This document shows positions 40,958 to 54,764 of a stretch of 64,000 bases of DNA, piece after piece (position 1 is the first letter of the stretch; each line of letters opens with the position of its first letter). The notes beneath the pieces are model-generated. The model searched no databases, was not told the DNA's origin, and was given only the letters and a program-made list of their open reading frames with translations. The stretch comes from Octopus vulgaris. Its lineage: Eukaryota. The position numbers and the translations under genes were made by a program. The stretch covers positions 64,728,001-64,792,000 of the forward strand of contig OX597821.1 of assembly GCA_951406725.2 (NCBI GenBank), given 5' to 3'.

Positions 40958-41348
40958 AGATAGATACAGAGAGACAGAGACAGTTAGATAGATATGTATG
41001 CATGTACGTATGTATGTTTATACATGTATATACGCACAGGAAACTAGGGAATGTAATTTTGATTTATGCAAGCGAGATATTCAGTCACTGAGTGTATACA
41101 ATGACGGGTGATGTAGTCGGGGTTATGGTTTTATATTTATGTGAATTAAGTAAACGGAGAGAAAGAAGCATTTATATACTTCGAAAGAAAATATAGGGTA
41201 TTTACTTCGACTTGTCTTGCTGTGTATGGTACTATTTCATCCTCGTTTGGAATTGTCAGCACGGCAAAGTCGAGACAAATGTTAATTAGGCTAAGTGGAA
41301 TATTCTACGAAATTTCTTAAAAAGACAGGTGTCACACACACGCACACA

Positions 41349-41382
<34 letters not shown>

Positions 41383-42204
41383 AGCACACACACGCAACAC
41401 AGGCACACGAACGCGTGAGCAGAAATATACACACACACATATAGAAGGTCTGAGAAAGAGAAAGGGAGAGAGAGATAGAGAGTGAGAGAGAGCGAGTGAG
41501 AGAGGCAATGCAAATTATTAGGTGAGAACAGTTGGCAGAAACAGTTTCTCTTCCCTAATAACCATAAAGAGAAATATACTCACAGGCATGAACAGAAAGA
41601 GAGCGAGAGAGAGAGAGAGTAAAAGAAAGAGAGAAGCTGCTAAAAGACAGGTGGAAAAGATGGAAGGACGGGAGTTAGTGAATGACAGATGCATTAAAAC
41701 TAAAGAGACTTTAAAACGGCTGATGTCAAGTAAGTCAGCGTCGATTCAGTGATGCCAAATAGGCGGTACCAGAACGGCTGTGCCGAAACGTTACATATCC
41801 TTCGCAGGACATCGAAATTATACTGCGTCATCTGCCTTTCAGATAGTTTTGATACCTTTTTTCCCAGATGATAGAAAGCTGATTAATAGAAAGTCTACTT
41901 CGTTGCATTCTACGTGCTCGATGGATTTGTATTCCAGCTGCTGCATAGGGTGTAGCTGAAACTTTGCATATGTTTTAAGAACAACAGCGACTAACAAGCA
42001 TAATAATAACGGAAATATTTACATATTCTCTCAGTTACCTTATGGCAAATATTCAAAGTCTTATTATGTCGTATATTTGACGTCTTTTTTTCACCGCCAA
42101 TTTAATTTTCAAGGATAGATAATATATGTCCAATCACACCAAAAGACCTGAACACTCACACAGACACACAGGCACTCACACATCTATCTATTTATCTATC
42201 TATC

Positions 42205-42247
<43 letters not shown>

Positions 42248-42384
42248 TTCTTTCTTTCTTTCTTTCCCCTGATTAACCTCTCTCACACACACATTTTCTC
42301 TCACACTCTCTCTGTCTATTTATCTTTCTCTTGATTTACCTCCCTCTCTCTCTCTCTGTCTTTCATCTATCTATATATCAATTA

Positions 42385-42440
<56 letters not shown>

Positions 42441-42535
42441 GTCTATCTATCTCTGTACACACTCGCACATGTGCACACATACTTATATATGGTATAAAGG
42501 AATAATTATGAAAGCGTATTAGAATTCCTTTTTAA

Positions 42536-42943
42536 GGCAGCGAGCTGGCAGAAACGGTAGCACGCCGGGCGAAATGCTTAGCCGTATTTCGTCTGTCGTT
42601 ACGTTCTGAGTTCAAATTCCGCCGAGGTCGACTTTGCCTTTCATCCTTTCGGGATCGATAAATTAAGTACCAGTTACGCACTGGGGTCGATATAATCGAC
42701 TTAATCCGTTCGTCAGTCCTTGTTTGTCCACTCTGTGTTTAGCCCCTTGTGGGTAGTAAAGAAATAGGTATTTCGTCTGGCGTTACGTTCTGAGTTCAAA
42801 TTCCGCCGAGGTCGACTTTGCCTTTCATCCTTTCGGGATCGATTAAATAAGTACTCACTGGGGTCGATATAATCGACTTAATCCGTTTGTCTGTCCTTGT
42901 TTGTCCCCACTGTGTGTAGCCCATTGTGGACAGTAAAGAAATA
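42536..42943 (+). mobile_element. SINE family B 1.7-mer inside one TSD
   Basis: Second headless unit from 42768; AGAATTCCTTT(T/C)TAAGG at 42521-42537 and 42944-42960. Confidence 0.9.
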
Positions 42944-43649
42944 AGAATTCCTTTCTAAGGTAAATTTAGATTAGCTGAAAGAGTTTCACAATTTCCTAAA
43001 GTTTGAAATTAATGCGATAAAGGGAGAATCAAAGCTATAGAGTGTCTCATCACAGGGAAACGTTGAGCTATGTTCTCTCCGGTCAATATTTGGCGAATAT
43101 ATAGCGACTCATGATTTATACACGTGAGTATGAGCATGAAGTTGCATAGGTGGCTATGAGGTAGAACGACAACAGTCATATGAAAGGACCTCACAGATAT
43201 AGTTATTGAAATTAGTTACATAAAAGATTTAACATTTTGAACACATGTTTTGCTTCTGGTGGTGATTTACCATTAAAGGGAGAGAATTTATTCTGAGTTA
43301 AACCAAGTTAAGTTAAAGATCTTGAATTTTTAATTCTAATTTTGTTTTTTACGTAAAATAAAGTTCCTAAAATTTTTAGTCGTTGGTTGCTGTGTATGGT
43401 ACTATTTCATCCTCGTTTGGAATCGTCGGCACGGCAAAGTTGAGACAAAAGTTAATTAGGCTAACTGGAACATTCTACGATATTTTTTAAAAAGACAGGT
43501 GACAAATATTATAAATTTTCGGAATATCATTTTGAACATCACAATCAAGGAAATTTAATATCTCTTGAAAACCAAACTACTTACACGCGCACACACACAC
43601 ACACGCATGCACACACGCATGCACACACACGCACACACAAACATATATA

Positions 43650-43822
43650 ATGCGACGATTACACGATACACACGTTACTTCCAAGCACAGCTGCAGACAG
43701 CGGGAGGGAGCTAGAACGCTAAAACTTAGTGCACATGGACAGCAGATTTCAAAGTCACTCTGTTCCAAGCGGTTCAGCTCAGAGTGCTTTACTTTCGGAT
43801 ACTTATTGATCAGACCTCGTAT
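43650..43822 (-). mobile_element. Mariner-type terminal fragment
   Basis: Minus strand begins TACGAGGTCTGATCAATAAGTATCCG, a mariner-like TIR. Confidence 0.6.
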
Positions 43823-43831
43823 ACATATATA

Positions 43832-43927
<96 letters not shown>

Positions 43928-43928
43928 T

Positions 43929-43996
<68 letters not shown>

Positions 43997-43999
<3 letters not shown>

Positions 44000-45139
44000 T
44001 CAATAAATGGTTGGGTTGTGTTGACCGCACGTGGAGAAATGATAAGCAAGGAAAAATTGTAAAAATGCATAATGCTAAATTGAAAGAAAATTTTAATGTA
44101 AATGGGTGTATGGAAAAAGTTCTTGAAAAATTGATAAAATATATAAATATATATTAATTCAAAACGGTTTTCGTCATAATGTGACTTTTCAACAATTGTA
44201 AAGTAAAAAATTTTTTTTAAAGTGAGAAAGGGGAAAAAAGAAAATTGCATTGTTTTTTGCAAAAAAATAATGATAAATATGTACAAAAATAAAAAAATAA
44301 GTACTCCGATACATTGTGAAGTCTTTGTGTATCTTGAGTTTAATGATTGTTCACGAAAAAATTACCTTGAAATATTAGGATCCAATGGGATTAAAGTCAT
44401 GTGTTGTTTAGTTTAATTAAGGATGTTGGCAAAACAGGAAGTAGTAGTAATTGTAGTTCTTCAGTTCCTGTGTTGCGAATAAGGGGTGACAACTCTATGG
44501 GTTTTGAGCTCTTCAATTTGTGTTTATCAATTTTTTGTGATAAAGGGTGTTAATAAACCTTAAATTATAAAATCATCATTTTAGCTTCATTTGCATTATC
44601 TTTTTTATATAATTGTTTGTTAACTTAACATTCAGATTTTAACACTTTATTTATATTATTTTCTAATTATACAAATTTGCATAAACCAATTTATAATTAC
44701 ATTTCAGATTGTTATGTCATATATAATAAAAATAATAGTAATAATAACAACAATAATAATAATGATATTTGAAGAATATAAGTTTTAGCTTGAAGTGATG
44801 AATGCATGGTATCCTTATATATTTGTGTTAGTCCATCCATGAAGAATGAGGTAGAAAAAGGGAGTATGATCAATGGGGAGTTTGCATATTAAGTTGCGTT
44901 TTGAATTTTTCAATAAAGAGATTCTCCTTGTTAATTCTCTCCTGTGTGGTGATCCCGTCTTTACATTGGTAGAAGGGGAATATGTAGAATTTGGGATTTA
45001 TATCTTTAGCGCATGAGTCTATGTGGTCACTCAGTGGAATTTGTCGGTATTCCTGGAGATTTATTTGTTCTTTATGCACCGCTACTTGTTTACGTAACGG
45101 GAGCCTCGTTTGTCCAACATAATTATGTTGGCAACCAGC

Positions 45140-45141
<2 letters not shown>
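43997..45141 (-). mobile_element. 5'-truncated Penelope-like element P2 between TA tracts
   Basis: GIY-YIG end at 44870-45141 (GCQHNYVGQTRLPLRKQVAVHKEQI..PLSDHIDSC..FYIFPFYQ..RINKENLFIEKFKTQLN), then AT-rich pseudo-LTR with HHR-like motif at 44155-44198. Confidence 0.88.
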
Positions 45142-45202
<61 letters not shown>

Positions 45203-45335
45203 TATAAATATATATATATAATTTATGGATGAGAATCATAGAATCATATATTCCCTGTACAGGATCCACTTAGCAATGGTCTAGATGTTTAAACTTAGTG
45301 GGTAGAGCTGTAAATGTAAGAATAAGTGTGTTGCA

Positions 45336-45698
45336 AAGTATATTAAATACGTGAAATATAAAATATGTATATCTGCATACAAAATGGTCTAGCGTAGAGA
45401 ATAAGAACGATATCAAAAATAAAAAGTGGTTGAAGAAAAGTATTAGAAATCCGGCAGCTGTTTCTGGGGACCGGTGATCCAAAATTATGTTCGTTGATTG
45501 ATTACATGGCGGATCTCTTCCCTGAAGACGGAGGCTTGTCCCATTCGACGAAAATTATTTTGGGCTACCAGAGACAGCTATTGGGGTTCGTAATCCTTTT
45601 CGTCAACCCCTTAATTCTTAATGACATTTCTATTTTGTAAGTCAGACCGTTTTGTATGTAAACATGCATTTTTCTATTTCATGTATTTATCATACTTT
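45336..45698. mobile_element. Diverged palindromic element with hammerhead relic (45518-45586, plus)
   Basis: Inverted arms of about 150 bp; TTCC CTGAAGA CGG..CCA GAGA CAGCT ATT GGGG; the other arm retains CCAGAAACAGCTG. Confidence 0.65.
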
Positions 45699-45796
45699 GT
45701 AGATTGACCTGTCTAACTTGCCTTGTTATCTCTCTCTCTCTCTCCCTCTCTCTCTCCCTCTCTCTCTCCCTCTCTCTCTAAAATATATCGTGTGTA

Positions 45797-45837
<41 letters not shown>

Positions 45838-45895
45838 GCAGCAGCAGCAACAGAAGAAGCAGCACTGGCAGCAGCAACGGTAGTAGTAGTAGTAA

Positions 45896-45958
<63 letters not shown>

Positions 45959-45963
45959 TAGTA

Positions 45964-46005
<42 letters not shown>

Positions 46006-46774
46006 CCAGGGCTGCTTCTTGTAACGAGTCACGTTTGATGGTTATTTTCGACGACGATGATGATGATGACTTGAGAATCATATGATGATGATGATGATGT
46101 GTGTGTGTTTTTCAACTAAGATGTTGCCTGTTCTCTCTGCGCTGTTCCGAAACATAGTCCTACAGATAAATCATCCTGTCTTGTGGGAGCTGGCACAATG
46201 ATTATTTCTCATTTCTGAAACAAAGGAAGTGGGGAAATCTATGAACAAATGAAGTGTACAGTTGAAAATCGGCACCTCCGTACAGTAAAAATTTCTTTAG
46301 CACTATTTCATGGCTGTCGCACGACTTTAATAGAAAAACACTAAACGTAAGCTACTTGTAAAAGCAGTAGAGTAATACATGGTTGCATGAAAGGTCTGTT
46401 GCTATACATTTCTATGTCCTGACAAAAAATTATTTTACCATTTGGAGCAGAGGAGATTATGTATATATAATGTGTATATATTTCGAGTGTACATATACAG
46501 GGATGTGTAAAAACGTGCCTAGATGCATCTCTGTGGGTTTATATACATATATTATATTATTCGATATGTGCTTGTGCATGATTAAGGAAATAAAGAAAGT
46601 GGGCTACTTCGAAAGTAGCTAACTGCAAACAAATATATTAGTAGAAATCCAACATAGACGTACTTGAATAGGAAAACCGCTGCCTCTGTTGTTGACTGAC
46701 GTATAAATATAAATACGTTTAGTTTGTACTTTTACATTGCGTCTCTTGTCATCATGATAAATGTTGTCAGAGGC

Positions 46775-46866
<92 letters not shown>

Positions 46867-46883
46867 CTTTCTCTCTCTCTCTC

Positions 46884-46930
<47 letters not shown>

Positions 46931-46962
46931 GCATATATACACATACATATGTGTGTATATAT

Positions 46963-46996
<34 letters not shown>

Positions 46997-47559
46997 GTAT
47001 GTATATAGATATATATATATATATGAACAGACATGCACAAACATATACATGCGTACATACGCGGCGCACATACACACGTATATACGTAACATTTACTCCT
47101 CTTTGTTTTTTGCTCATGTGAGCAATTTTTTAATCTCTCATTTTCGCATTCTCCCAATAATTCACCAGTCAGGTATTCCCTTGCTTTTTCTTTCGCGTTT
47201 TCATATTTTAATTACTTTCACTTTCACTCTACATACATACATATATACATACAAACATACATACATACATACATACATACATACATACATACATACATAC
47301 ATACATACATACATACATACATACATACATACAGGCATACATACATATATGTTTCTATATGCATGTACATATATATACACACACACACCAAAGACACATA
47401 TACTCACACACACACATTAATGACTTTTCCAGTAATTTTCATACGGTTTCCCCACTCCCCGTAATCTCATCAGTACTGATAATATCAAGCCTTTGTTTGA
47501 GAATGTATTATGCTAAACAATTTTTGTAAGAGTTCATATGCCCTGTTTCCCATTCGCTG

Positions 47560-48027
47560 GTTGAGAATGTGTGTTCAAACCATCATTGAAAGTTTCATCC
47601 TTTCTCACAACTTTGTAACTTTTTCATTAATATGCATTGTAACGCGCTGAGAGGAGCCTCTGTGTGTCCAAGAAATCTCAGTTGTTTGACCCCTATCTCA
47701 CGAAGTAGTGTCCTGTTTACCGCAACCCGGCTCATCACTTCATTAGACACTTATCTGTCCAATTCTATCCTCCATATTCCTTGTAAGAACCACAGTTTTC
47801 GATTCTCCAAGCACCTTTTCATTTCTGATGTTATAGATCATACCTCACTCCCTTAAATTAATATAGGGTACGCATTGCAGTTCAGTATACAAATCTTGGT
47901 CTTGGTGCTCAGAGTACTGTTTTACAATATGTTATACAATTTTGAGAATGCAGATTTTGCCAGCACTATTCGTCATTTGATCTCCTTCATGCGTTTTACG
48001 TCTTCTGTGATCGACGCTCCAAGTATA
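47560..48027 (-). pseudogene. RTE-clade LINE reverse transcriptase, C-terminal relic
   Basis: YLGASITEDVKRMKEIK*RIVLAKSAFSKL..KTKICILNCNAYPILI*GSEV..WFLQGIWRI..VSNEV..QLRFLGH. Confidence 0.85.
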
Positions 48028-49957
48028 ATACCAGAAAGATGATAGCTGTGTAAGGATTTGATTGTTCAGTATGTTTCTATATAACGTTTTATATAAATTC
48101 AACGTTGATTTTTATGGAATACATGAATGTTCATATATATTGTAATTTGAGCTGTTCATTAAACCTGTAAAATCACTTTTCGAATACATCTTGCACCTAA
48201 AATAGTAATACGAATGGCGTAAATGTTGGAAGAAGAAGTATTACTGTAGTGTAATCTAAAAAGAAAGAGATAAGATACTCAAAACAAGGAATTCCATTGT
48301 ATAGTTAGATTGGTCGATAGCTTACTAACGCATCCTATATCAGACGGAACAATGCGACTTAAAATTAAGGTGTTCAAGTCATTGTTGGGCATGAACTCCA
48401 CTATTCATGCCATTATATTGAGGTTTGAATCTAAACAGTACCGTATTGCCACATTCAATTTCCCGAATTTTTGATTTGGAATTACTACGCTAAATTACTT
48501 AGAATTCTTTATCGAAATTATAGCTACATTGCTTGCGGTTATATTATATGTTTCTATATGTTTTCTTAGAGAAGTCGATACGATGCTTACTCGAAAAATT
48601 AAAATATATCTTCCTCAGAGACAACACGCTAGATATCCCCCATGGCCGGTACATTCTGAGAAAACTAATCCGCACTATTCTGATTAATTGGAATAAAATC
48701 CACACTCATTTTTGGCCGTGATATTGTTTTTCTTGGAAACAAACTTCTTTCCGAAAGAGATTAATTTGGAAGCGTGCCATGGAGGACGTATTAAAATCAG
48801 TCAGATAGCTGAAGGGCAGGTTTTGGACAAGCAGCAAGTGAGAGAGGAAGAAGGGATGAAGCAGGGAGAAAATGTACGAATGAATGGTAAGAGAGATAGA
48901 AAAAGAGAAATAATGAAGATGTAAGTGTAAGAAAACCGAAGTTTAAAATGGAAGACATAAACAGAGAATGTGATGATTAAAAAAAAAAAAACTATACATC
49001 ATATTAAAGAGTGAAGTGAGAGTAAAGGAAATAGTTTCGTGGTCGTATGAAGAAGAGTAAAGAAAAGTAAAGCAGGGAGAAATTAAAATGATGTAGTAAA
49101 GAATGTTATGTGTGTATATATGTGTATGTGTGCATTCATTTATATATATATATAATATATTATATATATATATATGTATATGTATATGTATGTATGTATG
49201 TATATATATATTTATGTGTACATATGTAAATATGTATGTCTTTTTGTACACACACATATATATATATTCATATACATATATAAATAGTAACATTTATATG
49301 TATGTGTATGTGTATATATATAAATACTAACATATATATGTGTAGGAATATACATTTATATATCTATAAACACACTCGCACATTTATACGTGTGTGCATG
49401 TGTATGTGTGTATGTATGTATGTATATATGTATGTATGTAAATATATGCATGTATGTATGTATGTATGTATGTATGTATGTATGTATGTATGTATGTGCC
49501 TACACACATATACAGAGAGAAAGGAGGAGGGCCAGAAAGAAAAAAAGAAGTGGCAAAGACAACGAAAGAGAGAAAGAAGAGCCAGAGAAAGATTAAGATG
49601 GCGAGAATTATGAAGACATTGATGTGGGAAGATAGAAACGAGATTAAATGAGATTGCTTATATTTCTTCTTTGGCAAACAATGTTAGCACTGGCAGTCGT
49701 TATTGTTGCTGTTGTTAGCGTTGTTTTTCCTATAGTTGATTTACAAGTTGTCGTTGTTTTTTCAGCTACTTATACAAATGATTTTGTTGTGTTATTATTT
49801 ATCTAATATTTCAAATAATGCGATTATTCAAGATGATGATATAGTGTGTTTTAAATTCTCTATGTATAACCCAACATAAGCAGAGATAACTGTCATTAGA
49901 CACGGTATTAAACTGCATACGTGTCTATACGTGTGTGCTTGTGTGAGTGTATGTACG

Positions 49958-49991
<34 letters not shown>

Positions 49992-50324
49992 TTTATATGT
50001 ATGTCTCTTTTATTTTTTAATTATTACATATTTTCCACTGAGGAGGGAGCCGATTTCTAATAAAGATACAAAGCTCCACCATCGGCAAGTAGTTCACACA
50101 GACAAATTCACATTTGGAACTTGCGAAAAGGCTTGCAGATTTTTAATGTTCCACTCACAGATTGCACTTGTAATGTACAAATCAGCCGGTCAGATTCTCT
50201 GTCTGGAAATCCCAGTTTATAACAGATTCTCATTTAAGCATTTATATATCTGAGTATGTAGGTATATATATATATATATATATATATACTAAACCTAGCC
50301 AATAAACCTTTTACTATTGTCTCT

Positions 50325-50465
50325 CTCAGTTTATTTCTGTGTTCCTTTCTATCGAAGAGCGTAGGCTCGAAATTTAAAAGACATTCTTAGTTCCCGAGCG
50401 TTAAATTAATACATCTGTTTGCTGTTTACACACCCGTTTTCGTCTTTTGCTTTCTTTGTAAATTC

Positions 50466-50470
<5 letters not shown>
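50325..50470 (+). mobile_element. Solo P1 pseudo-LTR with mutated hammerhead
   Basis: CTTT CTATCGA A GAGC GTAG GCTC GAAAT; ends in (TA)n. Confidence 0.78.
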
Positions 50471-50538
<68 letters not shown>

Positions 50539-50819
50539 TAATAGTTGTAGTATATTCTGTTTAGAACGTTGTAGCAGAGTACAATATAAAGCTCGTCCAC
50601 GCACTCATTTCACCCTGTGCTCTCCAGTAGTAATATTATACGTATTTCCAAATTTGTGTTCGGGTATCTCTCGTGTGTGAATATATAATTGATCCTATAA
50701 TGCATGGAAAATGTTGCTTAATCAAACACCTGCAAATCTGGAGAACTACGCTGCGCAGAATCAGTAGTAGTGATTGAAAAATAAATGTCAAACCGTATTC
50801 CTTTTCGTTTTTCAATTAT

Positions 50820-50872
<53 letters not shown>

Positions 50873-50877
<5 letters not shown>

Positions 50878-51335
50878 AAACATGATCAGAAAATTGAGAA
50901 AACATTTGATCAACAAGCAAATCGACTACAATCGGTTAAATTTCTTTTTAATGCAAAGCTTGAACATTGCTTACAGCCGTTTCTGCCGCCAATGTCAGTC
51001 GGTGCCGCTAAATATAATTATGAGAATATGGCACTGACAGCAGAAATTATGAGAATATTACATTGGCAGTAGAAAGGGCTCTAAGCAATGTTCAAGATTC
51101 GTATTAAAAAATATTTGACCAATGGTAGTCAGTTTGTTTGTTGATCAAAAGCTTTCTCCATTTTTGCTCATTTTAATTTTGATTTTTGATAAACTCTCGT
51201 TTATTCTGTTATTACTTGTATCCTATGCGCATAGTATTCTTGCATACCCAGAGTTAACATAGGTAATTTACACCTGTACTAATAACAGATATGTTTATCC
51301 CTTAGACAGTCACTCCAACCGCTAAATGTACTTAC

Positions 51336-51338
<3 letters not shown>
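50873..51338 (+). mobile_element. Short relative of the 16378-18058 foldback element
   Basis: Arms about 50880-50995 and 51060-51172; tail TGATAAACT..CATAGGTAATT..TATCCCTTAGAC..ACCGCTAA shared with 17900-18058. Confidence 0.8.
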
Positions 51339-51386
<48 letters not shown>

Positions 51387-52067
51387 TAGTGTTTTATTCT
51401 TCAACTCCTTTCAGTCATTAGACAGCGGTCATGCTGCAGTGCCGTCTTGAGGAATTTTTGTCTGACCAATCGACTCCAGTACTTATTTTCAAGTCATACT
51501 CATTTTATCAGCCCTGGTGATGGTCCACAAATAACGGGTGGGTAAAAATACTCATATATAACGTAGATGCAGTAAATTCCAAGCTTATTCCAGTATTTCA
51601 AATACGTATGTAGATTTTATATCTGTGTGAGATATGCGTAAACAGTTGAAAATACTGGAAAACAATATCAAAACAGGAAACTGAAAATGTTCGGGTCTTA
51701 TTTATTTACCATAATATGTGTTTCATTTGCTAATAGTAGTTACAATTTGCGCATGTTGTGGAAAACCTGTAAGATATCTCTTTTTAACCATTCATCACAC
51801 AGAGAAAATCAAATAATAGAGAATTAAATTTGGATGAAGCATTTATATATAATTAGTTATCACAACTCCTTTAGACAGTAGTAGGGACATGTTTTTGTCC
51901 TCTCTCACTGCCTAAAGAACTCCTCATTACTAACTATATATAAGCACTGATAAAAATAGGGTATGATATATATATAAAATAATAAAATACAACGAACTAT
52001 CTATCTATCCATCTATCTAATTTTATCTATCTATCATTCTCTTTCGCTCTCTCTCTCTCTTTCTCCC

Positions 52068-52101
<34 letters not shown>

Positions 52102-52679
52102 GTATACAGGTGGGGCTCTGTTGTAATAAGCTTGCTGCCAACCAGATGGTTCGGGGTTCGGTCCTACCACCATGCACATCGGGCCCACCAAATCTTTGTG
52201 AGTGGATATGGTAGCGAGAAAATGAAAGAAGTCCATCTTCTATATGTGTATATGCTCTGTGTGTGAGTGTGTGAGCGTGTGTGTGTATTTGTATCTGTGT
52301 ATATTATAGATGCAAAGACATAACAGAAATAAATAGACAACCCGTAAAACACCGTTTGATGTTTATTCTAACTTTCATTGTAGGCTGCACTCTTTGTTCT
52401 AACTTTGGTTGTTAGCTGCAATCTTTTCACATCAAATTCTTGATCACAGAGTCTTTAGACCCACACTCGACCATTGCCAGGAAATACAGAAAATCTGGAC
52501 TCATCAGAGAATATGACAGTATCCCAAAATGCTAGTGATATTGCCACAATCTCAATGCACCAGTCTTTTCTCCGCTTAATGTTCGCTGGTCAAAGAAGTG
52601 GCTTCTATCTTACTGCTCTGCCATAATAACCATGTTTATTCTGACTTGTAAAGGTTTATATAATTTTTATTAGTTGGCA

Positions 52680-53820
52680 TTTTAATGTGTTTCAGGTTCT
52701 ACATGTGACTGTTTAAACATGCCATGTACACAAGAAAGCTTTGGAACTGTCTGAATATCAAAGAGGCCGTATTGTGAGTCAATCTGAAGGTGGATATAGT
52801 GTAAAATCCCAGAAAACATTAGGATCCAGCTTTCTACAGTTAGAGTGATTGTGCAATTCACCAGAAAGGGGAAAGAGTCCACATCACCCCTCCCAGACCA
52901 ACTAAAGCCCTTTGACAGCACCCATTTCTTTGCTAAGAGAAGGGTCCTCGTCCCATGGCCTCTGACTGTAGAACAAGTTGAACAGCTGTCAAGTAACTCT
53001 ATAAACTCGGTTACTATGGCAGAACAGCAAGAAAGAAGCCACTTCTTTGACCAACCAACATCAAGCGGAGAAAAGATTGGCCCAGTGAGATGGTGGAGAG
53101 GCCACTATCATTTTGGAACACTGTCATATTCTCTGATGAGCCCAGATTTTCTGTATTTCCTGAAAGTAGTCGAGTGTGGGTCTGGAGACTCTGTGATCAA
53201 GAATTTGATGTGATAAGACTGCAGCCAACAATGAAACATGGCAGATATTCTCTGATTGTGTGGAGAGCAATTTGGAGCAATGCTTGTTCAGAGCCGGTGG
53301 AGTGTGAGGGAAACAAAAACTCAGATAAATATGTGCCCACATTGCCAAAAGGACTTTTTCCAATCTTCTCCACTGGTAAAATGATTAAAGAGAGCTCTTT
53401 ATTTATGGAAGATGGGTTTCTTTGTCATATGGCTAAAAGGACCCAAGATTTGTTGGACGAGAATTATATTAAAAAACCTTACGTTGTCAATCCAGTCACC
53501 AGATATGAAACCCATTGAACATCTCTGGGACATAATGGACAAGACACTTCCTGAAAAGAACAAGAAACTATCTTCAAAGTCAAATATTTTGAGATTATTG
53601 CATGAAACTTGATAAGAAATTCCGCAAGAGAATATAATATTCGTCATCTGATCAAGAACATGCATAATAGGGTCCTTGCATTGAAAAATGCACAGGGTAT
53701 GTTTACTAATTATTAAATATTCACATTGTAACAATCAATAAAAAAATTGCTGCTATAATTTCAGATTTAAATAAATTTTAATGATTATAGGTGTGTCTAT
53801 TTATATCTTCCATGTCTGTG
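52680..53820 (+). pseudogene. Decayed Tc1-family transposase
   Basis: ELSEYQRGRIV; WNTVIFSDEPRF..RVWVWR..QPTMKHG..FMEDG..H; QSPDMKPIEHLWD. Confidence 0.92.
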
Positions 53821-54059
53821 TACACCTAACAACCGCTGGTGGCGTCTTTATGTCTCCGTAGCATAGCGGTTTGGCAAAAGAAAAAGTATGAGTACCAAAC
53901 TTTTAAAAATAAGTTCTGGGTTCGATACATTCGACTGAAAATTCTTCGAGACGGTGCCCTAGCATGGACGTAGTCTAATGACTGAAACGAGTAAAAAAAA
54001 AAAAGAAAAATATATTTCAAGCCATAAGAAAATTATAAATGAATAAATAAAAAAGCACA

Positions 54060-54432
54060 GGCGCAGACGTGACAGTGTGGTATGAAGCTAGCTTCCGAAA
54101 CACTGCGTGGTACCTTGGAAAAGTGTCTTCTGCTACGGCCTCGGACCGACCAAAGCCTTGTGAGTGGATTTTGTAGACGGAAACTGAAGGAAGCCTGTCG
54201 TATATATGTAAATATATGTATATGCTTGTGTGTCTATGTTTGTCCGACCACAAATGCTAGACAACCGATGATGATGTGTTTACGTCCCCGTAACTTAGCG
54301 GTTCGGCCAAAAAGACTGATAGAATAAGTACTAGGCTGACAAAGAATAAGTTCTGGGGTCTATTTGTTCGACTAAAGGCGGTGCTCCAGCATGGTCGTTG
54401 TCAAATTATTGGAACAAGTAAAAGAGAAAGAA
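54060..54432 (+). mobile_element. SINE family A, diverged
   Basis: Homology to other copies. Confidence 0.85.
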
Positions 54433-54710
54433 TATATAGGATTGAGTGCGCAACTTCTTATAACTGAAAGTGAAAAGAAAGGATGTTTTAAACTTAGAAC
54501 CTAAAATTTAAAAATAAACCTTCCAGAAGGAACCTGGAAGAAATGAAAGTAAAAAAGCAGTCAAAATATTGAGTATAAACTCCAAAATTACGAATAGAAT
54601 TTAAAAATTGTAAATAAAACATTCAAAGTAATAAGGGATTGAAAACCTCCAAATTTAATAGGTGAAACTATATAAAAATTAGAGATGAAGCTAAAACTTG
54701 AACATATAAT

Positions 54711-54764
<54 letters not shown>

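Noticed and set aside
41770-41800. GGC TGT GCC GAAAC GTT, resembling a hammerhead 3' half
   Set aside because: No CUGANGA box upstream and no repeat context; could be chance.
53133-53165. CTGATGA motif, also at about 13152, 15286 and 33728
   Set aside because: No stem II plus GAAA plus NUH geometry; at 53133 it is the Tc1 S-D-E codons.
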